Under the pieces are notes generated by a model that was not told the origin of the DNA, searched no databases, and saw only the letters and a program-made list of their open reading frames with translations. The translations under genes and the position numbers were made by a program. From contig CAYMOT010000001.1 in the NCBI GenBank assembly GCA_964392315.1, forward strand, positions 359,318 to 423,317: a DNA stretch of 64,000 bases. Direction: 5' to 3'. This stretch comes from an uncultured Candidatus Saccharibacteria bacterium. GTDB taxonomy: Bacteria > Patescibacteriota > 4484-211 > JAGQKX01. This document shows, in pieces, positions 55,923 to 64,000 of the stretch. Each line of letters begins with the position of its first letter. The stretch's first letter is position 1.

Positions 55923-57590
55923 ATGCAACGATTTGAGTGGAAGGTACAGGAACGAGATATTCCCACACATCCATCAGATGTTATTACCAGACTTCTCGCC
56001 CTTCGGCACATAGAAGACGAAGAGTATTTTTTCAACGCATCCATGCGTGATATTGTGCCAGAGGTTGCAGAGCTTTTTGATAAGTCAATCCTAGAGACGG
56101 TGCGCCAGGTTATTACCAATACAATGGACAACAATCTGCCCATCGTGATTCATGGTGACTATGACGCAGATGGAATATGTGCTACCGCTATATTGTGGGA
56201 AACATTGTTTCGAGATATTGGCTATAAGAATGTACATCCGTTTATTCCACATCGCGAGCACCATGGGTATGGGTTAAGCCGTGAATCACTTGATGAGATC
56301 AGGAGTTCTGCACCCCAATGCTGTATTGTCAGTGTAGACTGCGGAATTTCTGCGCGAGACTCAGTAGTGTATGGAGAGGCTAACGGCCTCAGTTTTATTA
56401 TTACTGACCACCACACTATCCAGGAGGGCAAGTTGCCACAAAATGTTCCTATATTACACACATACAAATTGTGTGGTGCGGGCATTTCCTGGGCACTCTC
56501 GCTGTTATTGCGGCAGTGGTTTCTCGGAGTCGATGAGGGAGAGTCATACAAGAAAGGGCTTGATCTTGTTGCACTTGCGACCATTGCAGATATTCAGTCG
56601 GTGCTCGGATATAACAGGGCAATTATTAAAGAAGGATTAGAGATACTTTCTCAAACAGAGCGTATTGGTTTAAAAGAAATACTTCTTAAGGCTGGTATTC
56701 AGGGTAAGAAACTTGGAACATATGAAGTTGGTTGGCTTATTGCCCCCCGCCTCAATGCGCTCGGAAGATTGGAACATGCATTAGATAGTCTTCGTCTGTT
56801 GTTAACGACTGATCCCACACGGGCTTCTGAATTGGCAGCGCAGATGGAACAAGTTAACGCTGAACGACAATCCGTGACGATGCGCGCTGTTGAAGAAGCG
56901 ATAGCCGTGGTACAAAAACGCGGTTGGGATTCCGATTTTGCGATCGTTGTTGATTCAGAAGAATGGCACGAAGGTATATTGGGGCTTATTGCGGGAAAGC
57001 TTGTGGAACACTTTTATGTCCCCACGATAGTATTGGGTAAAAGTAACGGTGTGTATAAAGGAAGTGCACGCTCAGTTCTTCCCTTCAATATCATCGATGC
57101 AATCGGGCAGCATAAAAACTTATTAATTGATGTGGGAGGGCATGCAATGGCGGCAGGGCTGAGTATTGAATCAAATCAGATTGATGCATTTCGGAGAGCC
57201 ATTTTACAAACCGCGAAAGAAAGTTTTGGAGAAGTTAAGCCACAAAAAGCACTAAATATTGACATGAACCTGCCTGCTGACTTGATTTCGGTTAATCTGG
57301 TAATGGAACTTGAAACATTAGCACCGCACGGCGTAGATAACCCAAAGCCGCTGTTTCTTGTCCCTAGTCTCACTATCCTTCATAAAAAAACGGTGGGGGC
57401 AGAGGGAAAACATCTAAGTCTTACACTTGGAGGGGTGCAGTCTGAGGTTGAATTAAAGGCAATTTGGTTTGGACAGGGAGGACTTTGCAACGAACTTGTA
57501 TTGGGCCAGACAGTGGATGCCGTGGCGTCTTTGGAGCTTGATACGTACCGGCAACCAGTTGTGCAGCTAAAGATCAAAGACATATCTTGA
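55923..57590 (+). CDS. recJ: single-stranded-DNA-specific exonuclease RecJ
   Basis: DHH motifs (..VIHGDYDADGICATAIL.., ..ITDHH..) and a DHHA1 domain (..GGHAMAAG..). 555 aa. Confidence 0.85.
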   Translation: MQRFEWKVQERDIPTHPSDVITRLLALRHIEDEEYFFNASMRDIVPEVAELFDKSILETVRQVITNTMDNNLPIVIHGDYDADGICATAILWETLFRDIGYKNVHPFIPHREHHGYGLSRESLDEIRSSAPQCCIVSVDCGISARDSVVYGEANGLSFIITDHHTIQEGKLPQNVPILHTYKLCGAGISWALSLLLRQWFLGVDEGESYKKGLDLVALATIADIQSVLGYNRAIIKEGLEILSQTERIGLKEILLKAGIQGKKLGTYEVGWLIAPRLNALGRLEHALDSLRLLLTTDPTRASELAAQMEQVNAERQSVTMRAVEEAIAVVQKRGWDSDFAIVVDSEEWHEGILGLIAGKLVEHFYVPTIVLGKSNGVYKGSARSVLPFNIIDAIGQHKNLLIDVGGHAMAAGLSIESNQIDAFRRAILQTAKESFGEVKPQKALNIDMNLPADLISVNLVMELETLAPHGVDNPKPLFLVPSLTILHKKTVGAEGKHLSLTLGGVQSEVELKAIWFGQGGLCNELVLGQTVDAVASLELDTYRQPVVQLKIKDIS

Positions 57591-57621
57591 CACTTCCTGC
57601 TATACTGGCAATAGAACATAC

Positions 57622-57786
57622 GAATGCGAAGAAGGCGCCCGCTTGAGTGGGCAGTGACACCCTTCAGGTAAGTAGTAGCATTCTGGGTAAGCCCTCAATA
57701 GCTGGACGAGAAAATATTTAGGTGGTACCGTCTTTTTGACCCTTGTTTCATCACGTTTTATGTGGCGAAAGCAAGGGCTTTTTATT
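57622..57786 (+). promoter_or_regulatory. candidate T-box leader (Asp specifier) controlling aspS
   Basis: Stem I-like helix GAAUGC...GCAUUC enclosing an AG-rich bulge (GAAGAAGG). GUGACA carries Asp codon GAC (57656..57658) followed by A. The T-box-like sequence UUAGGUGGUACCG (57717..57730) has UGGU able to pair the tRNA NCCA end. A terminator-like helix CCCUUG...CAAGGG plus U5 lies at 57740..57784. Confidence 0.35.
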
Positions 57787-57841
57787 ATTTAATAAAAATG
57801 CTTGCCTGCGCAGGCAGGCAAATATTACACATAGACACAGT

Positions 57842-59242
57842 ATGGGTAGAATATTAGCGCTTGAGACAATTCAAAAGGTAGGAGAAAAAGTAACCATAAA
57901 GGGGTGGGTGCACTCGCTACGCTCACATGGCAAAATTGCATTCGCGGATATCCGAGATCGATCGGGGTTGGTGCAGGTAGTAGGGGGCGAAGAGTTCGGA
58001 AAGGCACTTCGAGAAGAAAGTGTGGTTTCCCTAACGGGTATGGTCAAAGAACGCGGTGAGCGATATCAGAACCCCGATCTACCGACAGGTATGGTAGAAG
58101 TGGAGGTGGAATCTTTTGAGGTTTTAAATACGGCAGGTGACTTGCCCATTCCTTTAGATACCGAAGGGAAAGAAATCAATGAAGAGATGCGGTTGCGCTA
58201 TCGATATTTGGATTTGCGGCGGACACGAATGAATACAATACTCAAAATGCGTTCGCAGTATATACGTGCATTGCGTGAGGCGCTATACAAACGCGACTTT
58301 ACCGAAGTGGAAACCCCGATGCTTACAAAGACCACTCGCGAAGGAGCTCGTGATTTCGTGGTTCCATCCCGACACCACCCGGGCAAATTCTATGCCCTAC
58401 CCCAAAGCCCTCAACAGTACAAGCAGTTGCTTATGACCGCAGGGGTTGAGCGTTATTTTCAGTTTGCCCGCTGCATTCGTGACGAGGACCTGCGTGCTGA
58501 TCGTGGCTATGAACATACACAGGTCGATTTAGAAGTCAGCTTTGTTGATCAAGAACAGAATATGCAACTCATTGAGGAGATTGTGAAGGAGGCTGTTCTT
58601 GCGATGGGGTGCGAATTGCAACGAGACCCGTTCCCTCGATTTTCGTATCAAGAGGCAATGGAACAATTTGGTGCAGATAAGTTTGATCTCCGTACTGAAG
58701 AAGAAAAAGAACGTAATGTGCTTGCCTTTGCCTGGGTGTATAAATTTCCCTTTTTCAAAAAGGTGGATCAAAACGATGCGGCAGAAGTGGAGGACGGCCG
58801 GAGTGGTTGGACATTTACCCACAACCCTTTTAGCATGCCTTTGCCCGAACATCTTGCATGGCATTTAGCCGGTGAGCATATAGGGGAAATCTTGACGACG
58901 CAATACGATCTAGTCTGCAATGGATATGAAGCAGGTGGAGGAAGTATACGAGCACATACACCTGAAGTTTTGAAGGCAACATTCAAGATTATGGGGTACT
59001 CAGACGAAGAAATCGAGCAAAACGTTGGTCACATGTTGGAGGCTTTCTCTTTGGGTACGCCCCCCCATGGAGGGATCGCGTTGGGGTTAGATCGGCATAT
59101 CATGATTATGGCTGGTGAATCATCCCTCAAGGAGGCGATCGCGTTTCCAATGACTGCCTCAGGAAAGACCGCGGTTATGGATGCGCCGACAGAGATCTCA
59201 CACAAGCAACTTCAAGAGTTACGCTTGGAGGTCAGCAATTAA
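57842..59242 (+). CDS. aspS: aspartate--tRNA ligase (compact form lacking the bacterial GAD insertion)
   Basis: N-terminal OB-fold, class II motifs and C-terminal ..GGGSIRAH...PPHGGIALGLDRHIMIM.. matching AspRS rather than AsnRS. 466 aa from the internal ATG (MGRILALE..). Confidence 0.85.
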   Translation: MGRILALETIQKVGEKVTIKGWVHSLRSHGKIAFADIRDRSGLVQVVGGEEFGKALREESVVSLTGMVKERGERYQNPDLPTGMVEVEVESFEVLNTAGDLPIPLDTEGKEINEEMRLRYRYLDLRRTRMNTILKMRSQYIRALREALYKRDFTEVETPMLTKTTREGARDFVVPSRHHPGKFYALPQSPQQYKQLLMTAGVERYFQFARCIRDEDLRADRGYEHTQVDLEVSFVDQEQNMQLIEEIVKEAVLAMGCELQRDPFPRFSYQEAMEQFGADKFDLRTEEEKERNVLAFAWVYKFPFFKKVDQNDAAEVEDGRSGWTFTHNPFSMPLPEHLAWHLAGEHIGEILTTQYDLVCNGYEAGGGSIRAHTPEVLKATFKIMGYSDEEIEQNVGHMLEAFSLGTPPHGGIALGLDRHIMIMAGESSLKEAIAFPMTASGKTAVMDAPTEISHKQLQELRLEVSN

Positions 59243-59313
59243 TAAGTAATACGTTGTCAGTTTTCAGCTAAAGGAATCTCAACTAATGACTGACAACCGA
59301 TAGCTTATTCAAC

Positions 59314-59781
59314 ATGTCTCTCTACTCTCGTCTCATAATTCTTTTACGTGATAATAAAATAACGTTTACCGAATATGCCCATAGACCAGTGTTCACTTCG
59401 GAAGAAGCGGCGGCGGTACGGGGGACGGATGTTAAGCAAGGAGCTAAAGCAATGGTAGTATTGGCGGATAAGACCCCCTTACTTTTGGTTATTTCCGGCG
59501 TAAAGAAAATAGATACAAAGTCATTTAAAAGGCAGTTTGGTATTAAAGACCTACATTTCGCTACCGTAGAGGAAGTTAAAGAAATTACGACAGTTTCACC
59601 AGGCGCGGTTCCGCCATTTGGTTCTCTCATGAGTATCCAAACGTATGCTGATACTTCCTTGAGCCTCAATGATGAGATCGTTTTCAATGCTGGTGATCAT
59701 ACGAAGTCGATACACATGCACTATAGCGATTATGTAAAGCTAGAAAATCCGGAAATAGCCACATTTGCTTTAGAACAATAG
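59314..59781 (+). CDS. YbaK/ProX-family aminoacyl-tRNA deacylase
   Basis: 155 aa. ..GAKAMVVLADKTPLLLVISG.. and ..SPGAVPPFG.. are characteristic of the YbaK/ProRS-editing (INS) fold. Confidence 0.65.
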   Translation: MSLYSRLIILLRDNKITFTEYAHRPVFTSEEAAAVRGTDVKQGAKAMVVLADKTPLLLVISGVKKIDTKSFKRQFGIKDLHFATVEEVKEITTVSPGAVPPFGSLMSIQTYADTSLSLNDEIVFNAGDHTKSIHMHYSDYVKLENPEIATFALEQ

Positions 59782-59786
59782 TACTT

Positions 59787-60737
59787 TTGGGGAATATCGT
59801 TTGGTATAGTAATAAGGTGCAGGTACAGAAAATACGTACATTTCTTATCATTTCTTCGTTCTGTGTGATGGTGTTTTCCTTATGGAAAATATGGCAAATG
59901 CCAACGGTTGCAGGGTCCGAAGAACTGCTCGGTGTGCAAGACGAGTCGCGTGTAGTGTTTGAGCATGTCCCGCCCCAGCATTTTCCCTATAAAAAAATAC
60001 ACATTCCTGATCCAGCAGTTAGTGCACGCGCGGTGTACCTGTGGGATCCTTCAGTGCGTATGACATTGTACGAATTAAATGCTGATCAAAAACTTCCTGT
60101 TGCTTCCTTGGCGAAGGTGCTTACCGCGCTCGTTGCTGAAGACCTCTATTCCCTTGAAGAATTTGTAACCGTCCCGGCAGATATTCAAACGATTTTTGGC
60201 TCGCAAATTCACCTTATGCCTGGTGAACGGTTACAAGTGTATGATCTCCTACGTGCTCTGTTAATACCCTCGGGTAATGATGCCGCTTACACATTGGCTG
60301 CAGGTTCTTCTCTAGGTTATCAAGGGTTTGTAAAACGAATGAATGATACGGCGGTTACGCTGGGGTTACACAATACTCAGGTAATCAATCCGATAGGGTA
60401 CGATTATACTGGCCAATATAGCTCTGCGCGGGATATGGGTATGCTTACCGCACAATTATTAGTATCGTCCACACTGTCGGAGATTGTACAAACTAAATCT
60501 ACTCACATCACAACCTCAGACGGTAAGCGGTACACTCTCCAAAATACGAATGAGTTATTATCATTACCCGAAGTTACTGGTGTAAAGACTGGTACCAGCA
60601 ATGAGGCCGGAGAAAATTTAATAGTCTCGTGGGTTCACGATAACCGTACATTGATAGGTGTGATACTTGGTTCCACAGATCGTACCAGTGATGCGAAGGC
60701 GCTCATGCGCTGGGTAGGTACAAATTTTGTGTGGTAA
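59787..60737 (+). CDS. D-alanyl-D-alanine carboxypeptidase (S11, PBP5-like)
   Basis: Signal-anchor N-terminus, then SxxK (SLAKVL), SxN (PSGNDAAY) and KTG (GVKTGTSNEAG) motifs. Confidence 0.8.
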   Translation: MGNIVWYSNKVQVQKIRTFLIISSFCVMVFSLWKIWQMPTVAGSEELLGVQDESRVVFEHVPPQHFPYKKIHIPDPAVSARAVYLWDPSVRMTLYELNADQKLPVASLAKVLTALVAEDLYSLEEFVTVPADIQTIFGSQIHLMPGERLQVYDLLRALLIPSGNDAAYTLAAGSSLGYQGFVKRMNDTAVTLGLHNTQVINPIGYDYTGQYSSARDMGMLTAQLLVSSTLSEIVQTKSTHITTSDGKRYTLQNTNELLSLPEVTGVKTGTSNEAGENLIVSWVHDNRTLIGVILGSTDRTSDAKALMRWVGTNFVW

Positions 60738-61167
60738 TTTCTATATACCCTAATTGCCTCTTGTAAAAAAATATTTGACCGCATATTATCTTGTAGCAAC
60801 AGATAAGGTGTGTGTATATAGTAATGGGGATGGCAAAAGTCCCGAAAAAGGCTGTTAGAATGGAGTTTTCTACGAGGTGTATTTCTACCGTAAGACTGCC
60901 CCGCGATAGTGTGAGACCCGAAGCTTTCTTAACATTGTTATAGTAGGTTGAAGGATGGTCTAGTTATTTGTATTCTATAAGTAGTGCTTATAAGAATAGG
61001 CTCTGTTTATCATTGATCTTAAGGGATTGGCCATAGCTGCTATTTGGGTCACTCGATAAAGAAAATTGCCTCGGTAAACTGCTTGACTTTTTAGCAACAC
61101 GTTGATAGAGTCCAGTTATAGCGATAGACATTCGGTCTAAATACGTATAGATACCATTAGATATTTT

Positions 61168-61740
61168 ATGAGACAAACAGTAGCGAGTCCATCAGGAAGA
61201 TTTAATAAGATTGTGGCGGTTGTAAAGGATAATAAGGTAAAAATCCTTGTTACCGTTGTTGTACTTATCCTCATAGCCAACTTTTTTGCCAACAGAAATA
61301 AAAGTGAAGCTGACATCCAGCGTGTTGGTGCTCCCGTAGACATTCAACGTACTTTTTCTATCCCTGCACAAAATGATCAGGAACAAACGGTGAATAAAAA
61401 TTTGACGGTTAAAGTAACTGATGTGCAAAGACAGAAAAGAGTGCTCGTTAAGGGTAGCTGGGTTAAAGCACGTGAGGGAAAGGTCTTCCTTACGATGAAT
61501 CTTGATGTCACAAATGATGTGCGAGCAACGTTATATGGAAGTCCCGTCGATTGGGTACGTCTTGCTTCGGCTGATGATAAGAAGCTCGCTCCAACTGTCC
61601 ACCAAGGGTTAATAGAGGTTCGTCCGCAATCAACTAAAGAAACTAATGTGGGGTTTGTAGTAGACGAGAATGCAACGAACTTTAAGGTAGAGATCGGACG
61701 GGTTTGGGGATTAGAAGACACGATTGATGTTCAGTTCTAG
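61168..61740 (+). CDS. hypothetical N-terminally anchored exported protein (DUF4352-like beta-sandwich?)
   Basis: TM anchor (..ILVTVVVLILIANFF..) followed by a ~150-aa predicted beta-rich ectodomain. It lies immediately upstream of the acidic repeat-protein genes. Confidence 0.4.
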   Translation: MRQTVASPSGRFNKIVAVVKDNKVKILVTVVVLILIANFFANRNKSEADIQRVGAPVDIQRTFSIPAQNDQEQTVNKNLTVKVTDVQRQKRVLVKGSWVKAREGKVFLTMNLDVTNDVRATLYGSPVDWVRLASADDKKLAPTVHQGLIEVRPQSTKETNVGFVVDENATNFKVEIGRVWGLEDTIDVQF

Positions 61741-61805
61741 TAGAGACACATTACAAAGCAAATATTGTATTTACTGATTACTTTATCAAGGGGGGTGAGA
61801 AAAGT

Positions 61806-63008
61806 ATGAACAAAAAAACACTTACACGTATTACAGGAGCAGCTGGTGCAGGTTTAGTAGTTGCGCAAGCAATCATGCCAGCATTGGCAGCTTTTACTGT
61901 TAACATTTCTGGAAACGGCTACAACTCTGATACTGATGTAGACCTAGAATTCACATCCGAAACTGCAATTGCACAAGAAAATGACGTAAAGATCGAGAAT
62001 AAAGTTAACCTCGATGCAAACACCGGTGACAATACAGTAAGCAAAAATACAGGTGGTAGCATTGATGTGACAACTGGAAGCGTAGATCAGCACGTTGATA
62101 TCGACAACGCAGCAGGCGCTAATAGCGCAGTAGTCGAGACTTGCAATTGTGATGAGGACGTAGAAATAATCGTTTCCAAGAATGGTGCTGATTCAGAGAT
62201 AGATGTTGACTATACTCGCGAAACTACCGTTGACCTTATACAGGAAAACGACGTTGACGTAGAGAATGATGTCAACCTCGATGCTGAGACTGGTGACAAC
62301 AAGGTCACAAAAAACACTGGTGGAGACTTAAGGCTCGAAACTGGTGATGTTGACCAGGATGTTAAGATCAGCACGGAAGCAGGCGCAAACGTTGCAGATC
62401 TTGGTGGTGAAGGTAATGGTTCAGAGTTAACAATCGAAGTTTCAGAGAACGGAGCTGATAGCGAAGTTGATCTAGAAGTTGATGTTGAGACTGAACTTGC
62501 TGTTCTCCAAGAGAACGACGTTGAAGTCGAAAATGATGTAGATGCTTGGGCAGAGACTGGAGACAACAAAGTTTCCAAGAACACTGGCGGTAGCATCGAC
62601 GTTATGACAGGTGATGTAGACCAGATGGCAGAAATCGAAAACGCTGCTGGAGCTAACACGCTTGTTGCAGACGCATGCGGCTGCGAATTAGATGGTTCAG
62701 TACTCGTTGAGAAGAACGGTGCTGATGCCGAGGTAGACTTCGATCTGGTCTGGGAAATGATTTCCGATTTCATCCAGGGCGGCGGAAAGAGCGAGACTGA
62801 ACTCGAATCTGATGTCGACTTTGATGGAGAGACCGGAGATAACGACGTTACCAAAAACGGTGGTGACGATATGGAAACTGGCAACGTAAGCCAAACCACT
62901 AAGGTTGCGAACGAAGCTGGTGCTAACGTCATCGGTGGCGAAGCTGATGCTGACGTAGAAGTAAACTTAAGCTTACTTCTTGATCTCTTAGAGATGCTTC
63001 TCGGCTAA
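61806..63008 (+). CDS. secreted, highly acidic tandem-repeat protein (unknown family)
   Basis: Signal peptide (..AGAGLVVAQAIMPALAAFT..). Four ~90-aa repeats share QENDV(K/D/E)(I/V)EN(K/D)V(N/D)LDA(N/E)TGDN.V.KNTGG....TG.VDQ....I.NAAGAN and ..KNGADSE(I/V)D.. with recurring CNC/CGC Cys pairs. C-terminus is a hydrophobic ..NLSLLLDLLEMLLG. Confidence 0.6.
   Translation: MNKKTLTRITGAAGAGLVVAQAIMPALAAFTVNISGNGYNSDTDVDLEFTSETAIAQENDVKIENKVNLDANTGDNTVSKNTGGSIDVTTGSVDQHVDIDNAAGANSAVVETCNCDEDVEIIVSKNGADSEIDVDYTRETTVDLIQENDVDVENDVNLDAETGDNKVTKNTGGDLRLETGDVDQDVKISTEAGANVADLGGEGNGSELTIEVSENGADSEVDLEVDVETELAVLQENDVEVENDVDAWAETGDNKVSKNTGGSIDVMTGDVDQMAEIENAAGANTLVADACGCELDGSVLVEKNGADAEVDFDLVWEMISDFIQGGGKSETELESDVDFDGETGDNDVTKNGGDDMETGNVSQTTKVANEAGANVIGGEADADVEVNLSLLLDLLEMLLG
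61960..62950 (+). repeat. in-frame tandem repeat array (about 258-270-nt period, ~3.7 copies) within the acidic repeat-protein gene
   Basis: Repeat starts at about 61965, 62235, 62493 and a partial one at ~62800 (QENDV.VEN motif). Copies are diverged at the nucleotide level. Confidence 0.6.
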
Positions 63009-63025
63009 TGATCGCTACATGGGTA

Positions 63026-63065
63026 TGACCCCGCATATGTAAATCACATATGCATCATGGGGTCA
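63026..63065. repeat. long imperfect palindrome / stem-loop between the two repeat-protein genes
   Basis: TGACCCC-GCATATGT-aaatc-ACATATGC-atcat-GGGGTCA. The inner 8-bp arms form a perfect inverted repeat and the outer 7-bp arms are also complementary. It lies 18 nt after the stop of the first gene and no strong T-tract follows. Confidence 0.4.
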
Positions 63066-63128
63066 CCCGGTTGGGTATCAATCAAAATGGTACATAACCG
63101 AGTGACTCTAAAAATATAGGAATAACTT

Positions 63129-64000
63129 ATGAAATATCGGACATCTATAAAAACAGCTCTTGTTGCGTTCCTTATATTAAATATTGTTTTGCAAGGAAGC
63201 GGTGTGTTCATGCTGAACACATACGCTGCTCCGTCATACCCATCACGCCCAGATGAGCCAGACGCACCTACGGCACCAGATGATCCTCGTACACCAACGC
63301 CAACACCAACGCCACGGCCAACCCGTATTCCGACGCCGACTCCTACACCTACTGCTATACCAACACCCACCCCTACACCAGACCCAAGTGTGCAAGGTAT
63401 TCAAACAGAGAATGAAGAAGCATCAATTACGCCGACACCTACGCCCATTAATGTGGTGAAAGATACTGCTACTGAGAATGCAGCACTGGCACCTACCTAT
63501 TCCGGGTACGAGGAAAATAGTGGGAATCAGAAAAGTAACGATAATGTCGATGGTCCAGTGGTTATAGATACGGGAGATGCAGAAGTACAAGCTAACCTGT
63601 CGAATCAAGCAAATATCAATACCTTTGGTAATCCTACAACCGATGGACAAGACGTGGTTGCGGTCATAGAAGAAAATGGCGCTGATTCTGGAAATGTCAT
63701 TGATATTTTGGACGATACCGTACAAGAAGTTTCTCAGACCAACAATCTTGAGGCAAACAATATAATTGATGCAGATGTAAACACCGGCAAAAATACCATT
63801 ATTAATAACCTCGGTGGTGGAAGTACTATTACAACGGGTGACGCTACTGCGAATGTAAATGTTATAAATTTTGGTAACGTAAATATGGCAGGTGTTGGGG
63901 TAGCTGAGTATAACGTATTTGACCCAACCGGGGGAGATATTTACCTTGACGATCTTTCGTATATTCCCGCAGAAGTTTTAGCACAAATAAATAAAAATGG
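63129..64000 (+). CDS. second secreted acidic repeat protein (paralog of 61806..63008), truncated at the 3' end by the window edge
   Basis: ATG at 63129. Signal peptide MKYRTSIKTALVAFLILNIVLQG.., then a PTPTPTP-type Pro/Thr linker, then the same motif family (..EENGADSGNVIDIL.., ..NNLEANNIIDADVNTGKNTIINNLGGGSTITTGDATANVNV..). It is absent from the ORF track because it has no stop inside the window. Confidence 0.55.
   Translation, partial: MKYRTSIKTALVAFLILNIVLQGSGVFMLNTYAAPSYPSRPDEPDAPTAPDDPRTPTPTPTPRPTRIPTPTPTPTAIPTPTPTPDPSVQGIQTENEEASITPTPTPINVVKDTATENAALAPTYSGYEENSGNQKSNDNVDGPVVIDTGDAEVQANLSNQANINTFGNPTTDGQDVVAVIEENGADSGNVIDILDDTVQEVSQTNNLEANNIIDADVNTGKNTIINNLGGGSTITTGDATANVNVINFGNVNMAGVGVAEYNVFDPTGGDIYLDDLSYIPAEVLAQINKN

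Noticed and set aside
60824-60943. 39-codon ORF (MGMAKVPKKAVRMEFSTRCISTVRLPRDSVRPEAFLTLL) in the long leader
   Set aside because: It has no RBS, no conservation evidence and no distinctive composition. It is kept only as a note within the long-leader finding.
62210-62932. 240-aa Ser/Thr/Pro-rich minus-strand ORF
   Set aside because: It is exactly antisense to the acidic repeat-protein gene. The GAN/AAN codon repeats read as Ser/Thr/Val-rich on the opposite strand. It is a mirror-frame artefact of low-complexity coding sequence.
61960-62950. Possible CRISPR array because of the regular ~260-nt periodic repeats
   Set aside because: The period is far too long. Repeats are diverged, in-frame and translate to a conserved protein motif, and there are no short direct repeats with unique spacers. 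These are coding tandem repeats. No CRISPR array or cas gene is present in the window.
63044-63370. 108-aa minus-strand ORF with a (GV)n repeat
   Set aside because: It is antisense to the PTPTPTP linker of the second repeat-protein gene, which starts at 63129 on the plus strand. It is a composition artefact.
1-64000. Mobile elements, integrases, transposases, prophage genes
   Set aside because: No ORF shows DDE transposase, tyrosine or serine recombinase or phage structural signatures, and no terminal inverted repeats were found. The only selfish element is the intein.

Overview
This 64-kb window is a gene-dense bacterial chromosomal segment using the standard genetic code and is moderately AT-rich. 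It reads as core genome with an accessory tail at the 3' end. The gene content (sortase plus an LAATG-anchored surface protein, a type IV pilin-like protein, a compact AspRS without a GAD insertion, many PAS histidine kinases, membrane-anchored rather than lipoprotein exoproteins) suggests a monoderm / CPR-like (Patescibacteria-type) or Chloroflexi-like organism; this is an inference only.

Recognisable housekeeping genes: a 3' fragment of galU, an ABC-2 exporter pair, ychF, pyk, typA, ppsA, proS, gltX, recJ, aspS, ybaK-like, a family-4 uracil-DNA glycosylase, TatD, an NhaP-type Na+/H+ antiporter, two SDRs, a GH13 enzyme, a GT4 glycosyltransferase and a DD-carboxypeptidase. There are three sensor kinase / receiver modules. 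One tRNA-Gln(CUG) lies at 40871..40944. No CRISPR array, transposase or integrase was seen.

Seven most notable observations:
- A single ORF fuses an N-terminal VKOR (vitamin K epoxide reductase) membrane domain to a class-2 dihydroorotate dehydrogenase (40961..42517).
- A 1790-aa membrane-anchored alpha-2-macroglobulin-family protein has lost the CxEQ thioester and carries an in-frame canonical mini-intein (Cys1 ... His-Asn / Ser+1; 37300..37686). It is co-transcribed with a secreted MEMO1-like protein.
- An accessory locus at the window end has two paralogous secreted, extremely acidic tandem-repeat proteins (four ~90-aa repeats, recurring QENDVxVEN / TGDNxVxKNTGG motif). It is preceded by a membrane-anchored protein and a 430-nt ORF-free leader and separated by a long palindrome.
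- A T-box-like leader with a GAC (Asp) specifier sits upstream of aspS.
- Related GC hairpins and a shared 15-mer occur upstream of aaRS and glycosyltransferase genes.
- Mirror-image hairpin plus U-tract elements abut both start codons of the divergent typA / nhaP pair.
- A sortase / small-TM / LAATG-substrate cassette and a tandem HD-domain pair (SpoT-like ppGpp hydrolase with no synthetase domain) sit beside each other.
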